From positions 189 to 64,188 of the forward strand of contig CALSLN010000012.1 in the NCBI GenBank assembly GCA_943787205.1: a stretch of 64,000 nt of DNA. Direction: 5' to 3'. Below, piece by piece: positions 32,485 through 42,303 of the stretch. Origin of the DNA: an uncultured Rhodospirillaceae bacterium (GTDB taxonomy: Bacteria; Pseudomonadota; Alphaproteobacteria; Rhodospirillales; Rhodospirillaceae). The translations under genes and the position numbers were made by a program. Each line of letters begins with the position of its first letter. Position 1 is the first letter of the stretch. The notes beneath the pieces were generated by a model that saw only the letters and a program-made list of their open reading frames with translations, did no database searches and was not told the origin of the DNA.

Positions 32485-33102
32485 CTAGCTCTCCATCAAC
32501 GATGCGATGGCGTTATCCATATCACCACCGCGCTTACGCAAACCTTCAATGACACCCGCTTTATGTTTGCCCGGGTGGTTCTGAGACAACTTGGCTTTGG
32601 CTTCCAGTTTTGCAATCGGCATGGTCAGGCCAACGATTCCGCCCATCATGCGCTTATGGAAATCAGGATCCACTTTGTCAGATGTCCACGGCGGTTTGGG
32701 CGCGAGGTGCGCTTCTTCTTGAGCCGCCAGCGCATCGATATGGGCTGCGTTGTGGTCTTCTGAAATCACCGACGGCGAGCCAGTCGCGTGGACGGCAACA
32801 TAGTTCCAAGTGGGAACAAGGTTTTTACCTTCATACCAATCCGCTGAGATATACGCGTGCGGCCCTGAAAAAATAACCACGGCCTCTTGAGTACCGTCAA
32901 ACGCGTTCCAAATGGGGTTTTGTTTAGCGGTATGAAAATGCAGCTGGCCATAGTCGCCCGCGTCGCGATCCAAAATGACAGGGATATGGGCTACCTCAAG
33001 GCCACCGTCGTGCGACACACACACGATGGCGAAGGGATACGCTGCGATGACATCGTGTGCGGTCTTAAGATCGTTTTCTTGAAAGTGCTTTGGCGTGTAC
33101 AT
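32485..33102 (-). CDS. FMN-binding negative transcriptional regulator, PaiB family
   Basis: MYTPKHFQEND...AYPFA...HIPV...HFHTAKQNP...PTWNY..VH is the characteristic PaiB pattern. Confidence 0.8.
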   Translation of the reverse strand: MYTPKHFQENDLKTAHDVIAAYPFAIVCVSHDGGLEVAHIPVILDRDAGDYGQLHFHTAKQNPIWNAFDGTQEAVVIFSGPHAYISADWYEGKNLVPTWNYVAVHATGSPSVISEDHNAAHIDALAAQEEAHLAPKPPWTSDKVDPDFHKRMMGGIVGLTMPIAKLEAKAKLSQNHPGKHKAGVIEGLRKRGGDMDNAIASLMES

Positions 33103-33120
33103 CGCCTGCTCCTATGAAAG

Positions 33121-33150
33121 AAAAAAGGCCGCCGGTGGAAACCGACGGCC
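33121..33150 (-). terminator. rho-independent terminator after sdhB
   Basis: On the minus strand the sequence reads GGCCGTCGGT-TTCC-ACCGGCGGCC followed by TTTTTT, 30 nt after the sdhB stop. Confidence 0.75.
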
Positions 33151-33179
33151 TTTCTTAAAAAGAAAAGATGCGGTTCCGG

Positions 33180-33962
33180 TTAGCCCAGACGCTCCATCAT
33201 TTTGGATTTGATATCTGCAATGGCCTTGGCCGGGTTGAGACCCTTTGGGCAGGCATTCGTGCAGTTCATAATCGTATGGCAGCGATACAGACGGAATGGG
33301 TCTTCCAACTCGTCCAAACGTTCGCCCGTTGCTTCGTCACGGCTGTCGTTAATCCAGCGCGCCGCTTGCAACAGCACGGCTGGGCCGAGATAGCGATCAC
33401 CATTCCACCAATAGCTTGGGCAACTGGTGGTGCAACAGAAACATAAAATGCATTCCCACAGACCATCGAGCTTGGCGCGTTCTTCAGGAGACTGTTTGCG
33501 TTCTCCATTGGGTGGCGGTGGCGTGTCAGCCTTTATCCACGGCTCGATCGAGGTGAGCTGGGCGTAGATGTGATTGACGTCAGGAACCAGATCTTTGACC
33601 ACTGGCAAATGCGGCAACGGATAGACTTTGACGTCACTCTTGCACTCTTCGATTGGCTTCAAGCAGGCCAGCGTGTTGCGGCCATCAATATTCATGGCGC
33701 AGGACCCACAGATGCCTTCACGACAAGATCGACGCAACGTTAGCGTTGAATCCATCTCGTCCTTAATTTTAAGGAGCGCGTCCAACACCATGGGACCACA
33801 GCTATCCATATCGACTTCATAGGAATCCAGCTGCGGATTACTTTCCGTATCCGGGTCATAGCGATAGACCGAAAACGTCCGGGTGTTTGTCGCACCTTCA
33901 GGCTTGGGATGCTTCGTGCCCTTTTTGACCTTAGAGTTCTTCGGTAGGGTAAATTCAACCAT
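33180..33962 (-). CDS. sdhB: succinate dehydrogenase iron-sulfur subunit
   Basis: Three Cys clusters ([33 protein letters not shown]). The ORF is intact at 260 aa. Confidence 0.95.
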   Translation of the reverse strand: MVEFTLPKNSKVKKGTKHPKPEGATNTRTFSVYRYDPDTESNPQLDSYEVDMDSCGPMVLDALLKIKDEMDSTLTLRRSCREGICGSCAMNIDGRNTLACLKPIEECKSDVKVYPLPHLPVVKDLVPDVNHIYAQLTSIEPWIKADTPPPPNGERKQSPEERAKLDGLWECILCFCCTTSCPSYWWNGDRYLGPAVLLQAARWINDSRDEATGERLDELEDPFRLYRCHTIMNCTNACPKGLNPAKAIADIKSKMMERLG

Positions 33963-33973
33963 CGATACTACTC

Positions 33974-35759
33974 CTAATACACGCGAGCTTTCGGCTCGAT
34001 GTACGCAACATCTTCAGACAGGGTGTACGTGTGGACTGGTCGATAATCGAGATCGATAGACCAGTCTTCTTTCAAGTACGCCAGCGTATGCTTCATCCAG
34101 TTCTCATCATCGCGATCTGGATAATCTTCATGAGCATGAGCGCCGCGGCTTTCATGCCGTGCTTCAGCACCAACGATGGTGGATAGGGCACAGGCCATCA
34201 AATTTTCGAGCTCAAGCGCTTCGATGAGATCCGTATTAAAGATGAGGCTGCGATCAGAGACCTTAAGGTCGGAAATAGATTTCGCAATCGCATCCAACTT
34301 ATCGCAACCTTCCTTGAGCGTCTTGGACGTCCGGAAGACCGCCGCATCGTTCTGCATCGCGTGCTGCATCTTGCCGCGAATTTCAGAGGTCGTTGATCCA
34401 CCGTCGGCATTGCGCGTTTTATCAAGGCGGCCCAATGCATAATCAGCAGAGTCTTTAGGGAGGTCTGGCAGAGGCGCGCCCGGTTTCATGATGTCTGCAC
34501 ATCGCAAAGCGGCCGCGCGGCCAAAGACGACGATGTCTAACAGCGAGTTAGTGCCAAGACGGTTGGCCCCGTGCACGGAAACGCTGGCGCATTCCCCAAC
34601 GGCCATAAGGCCTGGCATCACCGCGTCTGGGTCGTCTGCCGTCGGGCACATGACTTCGCCGAGGTAATTGGTTGGGATGCCACCCATGTTGTAGTGAACC
34701 GTCGGCAGCACTGGAATGGGATCCTTGGTGGCATCGATGCCAGCAAAAATCTTTGCTGTTTCGGTGATGCCCGGGAGACGTTCCCACAAGACGTCCGACC
34801 CCAAGTGCTCAAGGTGGAGCAAAATATGATCGTTGTTGTTGCCGACGCCACGCTGTTCACGAATTTCCATAGTCATGGCGCGGGAGACAACATCGCGAGA
34901 CGCCAAGTCTTTCGCCGTTGGCGCATAACGCTCCATGAAGCGATCGCCTTCGGAGTTGGTAAGATACCCACCTTCGCCGCGAGCGCCCTCAGTGATCAGC
35001 ACACGCCGCACCGTACACACCCGTCGGGTGGAACTGAACAAACTCCATGTCCTGAAGCGGCAAGCCTGCGCGTGCAACCATGGCATTGCCGTCGCCCGTA
35101 CACGTGTGCGCAGACGTACAAGAGAAATAGGAACGCCCGTATCCGCCCGTGGCCAACACAACTTGGTTGCCGCGGAAGCGATGAATTTCACCGGTGGCCA
35201 TATCGATGGCCATCACACCAACGCAACGTCCTTTGTCCATGATCAAATCAATGGCGAAGAACTCAACGAAAAACTCAGCGTTATGCTTCAAGCTCTGTTG
35301 ATAGAGCGTATGCAAAATCGCGTGGCCTGTGCGGTCAGCCGCGGCGCACGCGCGTTGCACTGGCGCTTCACCAAAGTTGCGCATGTGGCCGCCGAAAGGA
35401 CGCTGGTAAATTTTACCTTCTGGCGTACGCGAGAAGGGCACGCCGTAATGTTCCAATTCACGCACGGCGGGGATGGCCTCGCGGCACATGTACTCAATAG
35501 CGTCTTGGTCACCAAGCCAGTCCGACCCTTTAACGGTGTCGTACATGTGCCATTCCCATTTGTCTTCGGCCATATTGCCGAGTGCAGCGCCAACGCCGCC
35601 TTGCGCGGCAACGGTGTGACTGCGGGTTGGGAAAACTTTGGTGATACAGGCGGTCTTGAAGCCTTTCTCAACCATACCGAAGGTGGCACGCAATCCAGCG
35701 CCGCCGGCTCCGACAACGATAACATCGTAGTCGTGGTCAATAATGTCGTAGGCAGCCAT
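33974..35759 (-). pseudogene. sdhA: succinate dehydrogenase flavoprotein subunit, one frame break
   Basis: [15 protein letters not shown] is at the N-terminus. The junction FHPTG(V/I)YG / [13 protein letters not shown] lies near 34990-35010, between ORFs 34989-35828 and 33974-35191. Confidence 0.92.
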
Positions 35760-35763
35760 ACGT

Positions 35764-36159
35764 TTAAGCCCCGAACGCGATTGTAAGAATGGAAACGATG
35801 GAGAGAGTCGCCAAGCCGTAGCAGGCAAACTTAACCAGGATATTTAGCGTCACACGCCAGCCGTGGTGGCTGACATAATCTTCAATAACCACCTGCATAC
35901 CGAGTTGTGCGTGATGGAATGCGACGCCAAGGAAAAGGATCATCACTGTGGCGTTGATCGGCTGACCGAACCACAAGATGAAAGCATCATAGCCAGATCC
36001 CGACAGGGCAACGATTGAAGCGACGAGCCACATCGTTAAGGGGATCAGCGCAATAGCCGTAAGTCGTTGCACCCACCAATGGTGGGTGCCTTCCTTCGCA
36101 GACCCCAAGCCGCGTGCGCGACCAAGAGGAGAGCGAAGAGATGAAGAATTCGATGTCAT
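35764..36159 (-). CDS. sdhD: succinate dehydrogenase membrane anchor subunit
   Basis: 131 aa with three TM segments and the HHW...RLTA motif, positioned between sdhC and sdhA. Confidence 0.85.
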   Translation of the reverse strand: MTSNSSSLRSPLGRARGLGSAKEGTHHWWVQRLTAIALIPLTMWLVASIVALSGSGYDAFILWFGQPINATVMILFLGVAFHHAQLGMQVVIEDYVSHHGWRVTLNILVKFACYGLATLSIVSILTIAFGA

Positions 36160-36171
36160 GTTAATCCCCGC

Positions 36172-36549
36172 CTACAAAACCATGACCCATGTCGCTGCAG
36201 TCATAGCAGCGGCACCGATCAAAACGATTACGTCGGCTCGTCGAGTCTCGTGGAGTTCGAAATACCGTCCAAAATCCCAGAACAAGTGACGCAAGCCGTT
36301 ACAAAGGTGAAAAAACAGCGCAAAGGAAAACCCGAGCAACAGGATTAACCCAATCCACGAGCCTAAGAAGGCCTGGACCTGATCAAATTCCGGTTTGCCG
36401 TAGGCTGCAGCCGTGATCCACCAGGTCAGCAGGAGTGTGCCAAAGGTGAGACCAACGCCAGTAATGCGATGGGTGATAGACATGAGCGCCGTCAGCGGCA
36501 GGCGATAAACCTGCAGGTGCGGCGAAAGAGGTCGGTTTTGAGTCGCCAT
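36172..36549 (-). CDS. sdhC: succinate dehydrogenase cytochrome b556 subunit
   Basis: RPLSPHLQVYR...SITHRITG is the canonical SdhC N-terminus. Confidence 0.9.
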   Translation of the reverse strand: MATQNRPLSPHLQVYRLPLTALMSITHRITGVGLTFGTLLLTWWITAAAYGKPEFDQVQAFLGSWIGLILLLGFSFALFFHLCNGLRHLFWDFGRYFELHETRRADVIVLIGAAAMTAATWVMVL

Positions 36550-36803
36550 AATCGGCCAATGCCTTTTGTTTTCAAGGGGTTCATACCCCGGAACGGCACG
36601 GAAGTGCAGTGCGTCATTCCTACTCCCGGCCCTGCATCAAGTCAACGCAACGCGCGGTTTTGCTGGTTTTATCCAATATTCCAGAATCGGTTGCGCCCAG
36701 CCAACGGGCGCGCGACCATGCAGGCCGCTTTTCAATCAGAACGGCCATAGAAAATAGGGTTTCGGGACGATAAATGGCTCAAAACAAGGCTTTTTTACAG
36801 AGA

Positions 36804-37558
36804 ATGACGCTCCCGAGACGGGCGCTAATTGGAGGCCTCGCCAGCGCCACAGTGATTGGAAGCCCCCCTTTGCAAGCGGTGCCGATGTCGCGGATAGCTC
36901 GAATATCGTGCGAGCGATAGACGCCACCTACGACATGACCGTGATCTCGACAGGCGAAATCTTTGGACACGAGCATTGGTCACTTTATGTCCATCCAGAC
37001 GGCAGCCGGACCATCTCTGTGCGGATGATCAACAATCAATTCAATTTGTTCCGCACAATCGTCCACCGCGTCGATAAACAGTTCCGGCCTTTGGAATGTC
37101 AGTTGCTGTATTATCGTGACGGCAAAAAAATGGGATCGGCCTGGTTTCAAGTCGACGGGCACACTCTGCACGCCGAAGCTAACCTGCCGAGCGGACGATT
37201 AACGCACACAGTGGATGTGCCAGAACAGTTTTCCATGGTGAATCATGCCGCCGCCGCAGAGGGTTGGCATTTTTGGTACTGCCCGAAAGACAACGCGCCA
37301 CATCAGGCGACGCTCTATAATCTTCGAGTCGACGCGACGACATCGGAAGCCGTGCTCGGTCGTGTGCACACGCGGACCATTCAGCATCTGGGCTCGGACG
37401 ATATCGAAACACCCGCCGGGACCTTTGCCAGCGACCACTACGCATTCGGAGGCCCATCACGTATTTGGGTGCATGGCGAAGACCGCATGCCTGTGCGGTT
37501 GCGGTTTGAAGCCGCAGATACGGAATTTGTTCTTTCAAAGTGGCAGCCCATCGCCTGA
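36804..37558 (+). pseudogene. secreted protein, unknown family, paralog A of 5 (Tat-like signal peptide in a different frame)
   Basis: The ATG at 36804 encodes MTLPRRALIGGLASATVIGSPP. The body ORF 36908-37558 joins it if one C is added to the C6 run near 36863-36868. It carries the shared family motifs (see findings). Confidence 0.65.
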
Positions 37559-37585
37559 CCCTAAGATCACCTAACGAAGGACTTC

Positions 37586-38356
37586 ATGATGACAAAGTTT
37601 GTCGCAACGATCTTTACTGTAAGCACACTCCTTTGGAGCACTCTCAGCGTTGCCCAATCCGGCGACACAGACGGACCCAACGCCAACATCCTGCGGTGGG
37701 CCTCAGGCACCTACGCCTACACAACATTGAGCGACCCCCGCGACAGAGGGTGGGAACGCTTCCACATGAACGTCTACGCGGATGGGTCGCGGACCATGAA
37801 TATGTGGCATGATCTGAAAGCCCGAAGCGCGCAGTTCACCGTCATCCATCGGGTAGAGGCGAATTTCAGACCAATCGAGACCTTCGTTCCTTATTGGGTC
37901 GCCAATGGCTTTAAGGGCTCGACGCTCATTCGTATCGACGGCGACACCTTAACCGCCAGCGCCAGTGGACCGGCAGGTCAGCACGATCAAACTATACCCG
38001 TGCCTGATGTTTTTTCCGTTGGCACCCACCCCGTATCAGCCGACGGTTGGCACTTGTGGTCTGACAACGGTGAATCCGGGGTCGATCAATCCTCGAAAAT
38101 CTACAGCATGGAAGCATCGGCCGACGTCACCAAACCGCCCTTGGGGACGGTTAGAGACTTAGCCTTCAAACGCATCGGCGAAGAAACGATCACGGTTCCC
38201 GCAGGAACTTTCGACACCATTCATTACGATCTATCGGGCAGTCAGGTTTGGATTACCAAGGAAGATCGCTTGATGGTTCGCATGATCAATGAACGCTTTG
38301 ATCGCGATTACGTCCTCACGGAATTCGACAACGAAAATTACGGAGAAGCACGATGA
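37586..38356 (+). CDS. secreted protein, unknown family, paralog B of 5
   Basis: Signal peptide MMTKFVATIFTVSTLLWSTLSVA. Motifs: NILRW, DGSRT, HRVEANFRPIE, VPDVFSV..HP, WHLW, PAGTFDTIHY, YVLT. Confidence 0.8.
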   Translation: MMTKFVATIFTVSTLLWSTLSVAQSGDTDGPNANILRWASGTYAYTTLSDPRDRGWERFHMNVYADGSRTMNMWHDLKARSAQFTVIHRVEANFRPIETFVPYWVANGFKGSTLIRIDGDTLTASASGPAGQHDQTIPVPDVFSVGTHPVSADGWHLWSDNGESGVDQSSKIYSMEASADVTKPPLGTVRDLAFKRIGEETITVPAGTFDTIHYDLSGSQVWITKEDRLMVRMINERFDRDYVLTEFDNENYGEAR

Positions 38357-39111
38357 AATTGGGGGCGCTATCGAAAACCGTCTTCGCAACATACGCGGTT
38401 CTTTTTTCGGGGACTGCATTCGCTGCGGAGCTTGGGCAAAACCCCAACGTCACGCGTTGGAGTGAAGGCACCATCGTCTATCGCACCATCGAGACCCAAA
38501 GGGTGCGCGCCCATGAGTCGTGGCGCCTGACGGCTCACCCCGATGGATCGCGAACCATTCGATCGTTTGTCGACAATTTCGATGCAGAATCTCAACTCAA
38601 CATGATCCATCGGGTGGCCAAAGATTTCCGCCCCCTGGAGAGCCTGGTGACCTACTGGAGCAAGGGAAACTATAGGGGCTCCGGAATGTTCTCGGTCGAC
38701 GGACCGACCCTGACTGCGACCTTGAGTGGCCCACAGGGCCCGCTGATGGAAACAGTTGATGTGCCAGAGAAATTTTCCATGGTGCCGCATCCCCTGGCTA
38801 CCGATAGCTGGCACACCTGGTACTTTGATAAAGCAAAAGGCGGGGCCCAAACGACAACCCTTTACAATGTGCAAATTGCAGCGCCGAGCGACACGCCTGC
38901 CCTAGGCCGTCTTGAAAATGGCACGATGACGTTTGAGGGCGTGGAAGAGGTGACTGTTCCAGCCGGCACGTTTACGACGGACCACTACACGATGAATGAT
39001 AGCATTCACATTTGGGTTAGTGGCCCAGACAATATGATGGTGCGATACGCCATGCCGACTCGCGATCTAGAATATGTACTGACTTCTTTAAAAACCGGAG
39101 CGACCAAATGA
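38353..39111 (+). CDS. secreted protein, unknown family, paralog C of 5
   Basis: The start overlaps the upstream stop (ATGA). The signal peptide ends in AFA. Motifs: NVTRW, HPDGSRT, HRVAKDFRPLE, VPEKFSMVPHP, WHTWY, PAGTFTTDHY, YVLT. Confidence 0.8.
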   Translation: MKLGALSKTVFATYAVLFSGTAFAAELGQNPNVTRWSEGTIVYRTIETQRVRAHESWRLTAHPDGSRTIRSFVDNFDAESQLNMIHRVAKDFRPLESLVTYWSKGNYRGSGMFSVDGPTLTATLSGPQGPLMETVDVPEKFSMVPHPLATDSWHTWYFDKAKGGAQTTTLYNVQIAAPSDTPALGRLENGTMTFEGVEEVTVPAGTFTTDHYTMNDSIHIWVSGPDNMMVRYAMPTRDLEYVLTSLKTGATK

Positions 39112-39842
39112 TCTATAGAATTTTCGCGCTCGCGGTTTTGCTTGGTGGCTTTGGCTCATTTGGCGCACAGGCAGACAACGCAAACATCGTTCGTACAGCG
39201 ACAGGCGAATACAGTTACATCAACCAGGACACCGATGAAATCGTTGGCCACGAAAATTGGTCGCTGTTGATTGATCGGGATGGCAGCCGGACATTTACCA
39301 TTGCACAACGATGGGATGAACGAGATTACGTCACACGAACCATCCTTCGCCTTGACGCCAATCTGCGACCCATTGAAACCTACCAAACACGATGGGATGA
39401 CAAAGGCTGGGCGTCTTCCGGTGTTTACACTGTCGTGGAAAACACCGTCACTGCCGTCGTAACGGGCAGAGGAGGCCGCGCAACACAGACCCTCGAAGTC
39501 CCTGAAGCTTTTTCGATGGTCCCGCACCCTCTAACGACGGACGGTCTCCATTTTTGGTACGTCGACGCGCCCGTCGGCGAGACCATTAAAGGCACGGTCT
39601 ACAACATCAGAAAAAGAGACGAACTCTCCGGCGGAGTCCTCGGCGTTGTGCACACGGTAGATCTCACATTCCTCGGTGAAGACTCCCTAACGACCGAAGC
39701 CGGGACCTTTGACACCAAACATTTTAAGATGGGCGAAGATTCAGATTTCTGGATCGATGCGCGCGATGGAGTTTTGGTGCGACTCAGCTACGGACCGGAA
39801 GGCACCCGTTACGACCTGACCGCCTATGAACGGAGCGACTGA
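39108..39842 (+). CDS. secreted protein, unknown family, paralog D of 5
   Basis: ATGA overlap with paralog C. The signal peptide ends in GAQA. Motifs: NIVRT, DGSRT, LRLDANLRPIE, VPEAFSMVPHP, LHFWY, EAGTFDTKHF. Confidence 0.8.
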   Translation: MIYRIFALAVLLGGFGSFGAQADNANIVRTATGEYSYINQDTDEIVGHENWSLLIDRDGSRTFTIAQRWDERDYVTRTILRLDANLRPIETYQTRWDDKGWASSGVYTVVENTVTAVVTGRGGRATQTLEVPEAFSMVPHPLTTDGLHFWYVDAPVGETIKGTVYNIRKRDELSGGVLGVVHTVDLTFLGEDSLTTEAGTFDTKHFKMGEDSDFWIDARDGVLVRLSYGPEGTRYDLTAYERSD

Positions 39843-39843
39843 T

Positions 39844-40572
39844 ATGAAAATTCTTACCAGCTTATGTCTACTCTCGTTCTCTCTACAAACTGCTTGGGCA
39901 GCAGACAACGTCAACATCACCCGGTGGGCCAAAGGGACCATTGAATACAGGTCGCTCTCAACAGGCGAAGTCTCTGGGTCCGAAGACTGGCATATGACTG
40001 TCCACCCCGACGGCTCGCGTACCATGGCTGCCCGAAACCGGCTTGATCAGGCAGGGTTTCAACGACACGTCACATACCGTGTGGCGGAAAATTTTCGGCC
40101 CTTGGAAGTGACGTCTGTCTACTGGGTCAAAGGTGAGTGGCGAGGGACCGGGCTATTTTCTATCACCGGCAACCAATTGGACGCATTCGTCAAAACTCCA
40201 GACGGACTCATACGACAATCGCGCACCGTTCCTGAGAATTTTTCGATGATTCCGCACCCGCTTTCGACCAACGCTTGGAACAGCTGGTACTACGACAAAG
40301 CCAAGGGCGGACCGCAAACCGTGACCGTGTACGACATGGATGCCGGGGCCCAAGCGGTAAGCTCAATGCTGGGGAAGGTGTACGACCAAACCATAGCGTT
40401 CATTGGCGAGGAAGAAATGACCACACCAGCCGGAACGTTTACGGTCGACCATTGGCGCGTTGAAGATATCGTCGACCTCTACGTCACTGGGCCAGACGCT
40501 TTGATGGTCCGGTTCCAATGGATTCCTGCCGATCGGGACTACGTTTTGACGTCTCTTGAAACGGGCTCGTGA
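39844..40572 (+). CDS. secreted protein, unknown family, paralog E of 5
   Basis: Starts 1 nt after the paralog D stop. Signal peptide MKILTSLCLLSFSLQTAWA. Motifs: NITRW, HPDGSRT, YRVAENFRPLE, VPENFSMIPHP, PAGTFTVDHW, YVLTS. Confidence 0.8.
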   Translation: MKILTSLCLLSFSLQTAWAADNVNITRWAKGTIEYRSLSTGEVSGSEDWHMTVHPDGSRTMAARNRLDQAGFQRHVTYRVAENFRPLEVTSVYWVKGEWRGTGLFSITGNQLDAFVKTPDGLIRQSRTVPENFSMIPHPLSTNAWNSWYYDKAKGGPQTVTVYDMDAGAQAVSSMLGKVYDQTIAFIGEEEMTTPAGTFTVDHWRVEDIVDLYVTGPDALMVRFQWIPADRDYVLTSLETGS

Positions 40573-40708
40573 ATCGGTCGGCTAATGGTCACCCCACTGA
40601 GAACCGAAAGAAATAGGGCCAGCAAAGGCGGTCTCTATAGACTTAACGTCGCCATCATCCGCTATAGTAGGGAAAGAATAATCACCTAATCCTAAGAGGG
40701 GTTACGCT

Positions 40709-41905
40709 ATGACTGACGCCGTTGACCACGATCTCAAAGTCAAACACACAAAAGACGAAGCCTCGCGACAAAACTTTGTCGCCGGAATGCGCGGATACGT
40801 TCTGAACGACTTATCCGGTCACATGAAAACTGTGTGGGATCGCAAGGTCGAGCCTGCCTTTGAGAAAGCCAATGGTCGAGCACCAAGCGACGGTCCAGAA
40901 ATTCACAAGACCATCAAATCTGAAACCATCTTCAAATTTTACTCCGCGATGCGGTGCAACACTCAAGAGATGGTATGGCGCTCTGTCATGCCAGCCGTTG
41001 AGCGTGAAGGCCGGGATTTATCTCGGCGCGCACAAGTCTTGAGTCAGGCCGGTGACAAAGCGCAAGGAACCGTCGAGACGAATCCTAACTTCGAAGTGCC
41101 GCGCTATGTGTCTGAACTCGATGTTCACATGATGCCCGGCAACTATCATGAAGAACGCATCGACTATGACGTGACGCAGGGTGCCGTGTTCGACAACGGG
41201 CTAGCCGTTTTCTCATTCGGATTGCTCGGCGACCGAATGGAAGACATTACGGATTCCGTTTCGACATTTTATCAAGCTCACTACCCAGACTCGAAGCCAA
41301 AGAAAATTCTCGACCTCGGATGCACCCTCGGTCACTCAACGCTGCCTTGGAAGGCACGTTACCCTGACGCCGAGGTGCACGGTGTTGATGTCGGCGGACC
41401 TTGTGTGCGCTATGCCCATGCCCGAGCGCAATCATATGGCGTCGATGCGCACTTCCATCAAATGGATGCCGAGCATACGGACTTTGAAGATGAATCTTTC
41501 GACATCGTTTACTCGTGCATGTTCCTGCATGAAGTGCCGCTCAAAAATATCAAAGGTGTTTTCAAAGAAGCCCATCGTCTTTTGAAACCAGGCGGCGTGA
41601 TGCTGCATTACGAGCTGCCACCGAATACGATGACGTCGCCCTATGACGGCTTCTACTTGGACTGGGATTCTTATTACAACAAAGAGCCGTTCTATAAGGC
41701 ATTCCGTGATGCAGATGCGAAAGCGGAAATTGAAGATGCCGGGTTTGAGAAAGACAGCTTCTTTGAGCATGTCGCTCCCAGCCGCAACCTTTATGGCCAC
41801 GACGCCCTCATGGAAGCCGCGCAACAAGACGGCGCGAAAAACGATAGCCGTGTTGGCCGCTTCGGTGATGGTGTGATGTGGTACTTCTTCGGAGCGCGCA
41901 AATAA
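40709..41905 (+). CDS. class I SAM-dependent methyltransferase with a roughly 190-aa N-terminal extension
   Basis: Motif I ILDLGCTLGHST, an acidic post-I residue (HGVDVG) and LLKPGGVML. The N-terminal half matches nothing I recognise. AGAGGGG lies upstream. Confidence 0.75.
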   Translation: MTDAVDHDLKVKHTKDEASRQNFVAGMRGYVLNDLSGHMKTVWDRKVEPAFEKANGRAPSDGPEIHKTIKSETIFKFYSAMRCNTQEMVWRSVMPAVEREGRDLSRRAQVLSQAGDKAQGTVETNPNFEVPRYVSELDVHMMPGNYHEERIDYDVTQGAVFDNGLAVFSFGLLGDRMEDITDSVSTFYQAHYPDSKPKKILDLGCTLGHSTLPWKARYPDAEVHGVDVGGPCVRYAHARAQSYGVDAHFHQMDAEHTDFEDESFDIVYSCMFLHEVPLKNIKGVFKEAHRLLKPGGVMLHYELPPNTMTSPYDGFYLDWDSYYNKEPFYKAFRDADAKAEIEDAGFEKDSFFEHVAPSRNLYGHDALMEAAQQDGAKNDSRVGRFGDGVMWYFFGARK

Positions 41906-42261
41906 TGCCAGACGATTCAGCTAACGCTGAGAGCACACCGCTCCGGTACAGCGTAAAAGGCAAACGCATGCGATTTTTCGACGCACAAGGCGTCGACGAG
42001 CTCGTAGCAATTTGCATGGGCATGGCGCAAGAAATGTGGGTCATAAAAGAACGACAAGCGGCGCTGGAGTCCGTTGCCGCCGAAAAGGGTGTCGTGCTCC
42101 CCGATGACATTGAGGGTCACGCCTTCTCTCCAGATCAACGCGCAGCGCTAGATGCGGAGAAACAGGGTTTTATTGACCGCATCTTCTTTACGCTACGGGA
42201 AGAGGCAGAATCGCTCGCGGCTGAGCCCGAAGAAGAGCCCCCTGCGCCATCCATGCCGTAA
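41905..42261 (+). CDS. small acidic protein (118 aa), unknown function
   Basis: The ATG overlaps the methyltransferase stop (TAATG), implying translational coupling. The C-terminus is Glu/Pro-rich. Confidence 0.55.
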   Translation: MPDDSANAESTPLRYSVKGKRMRFFDAQGVDELVAICMGMAQEMWVIKERQAALESVAAEKGVVLPDDIEGHAFSPDQRAALDAEKQGFIDRIFFTLREEAESLAAEPEEEPPAPSMP

Positions 42262-42303
42262 CACCCGCCGCGCACATACATCCCATATACGATAGGAATT
42301 CCG

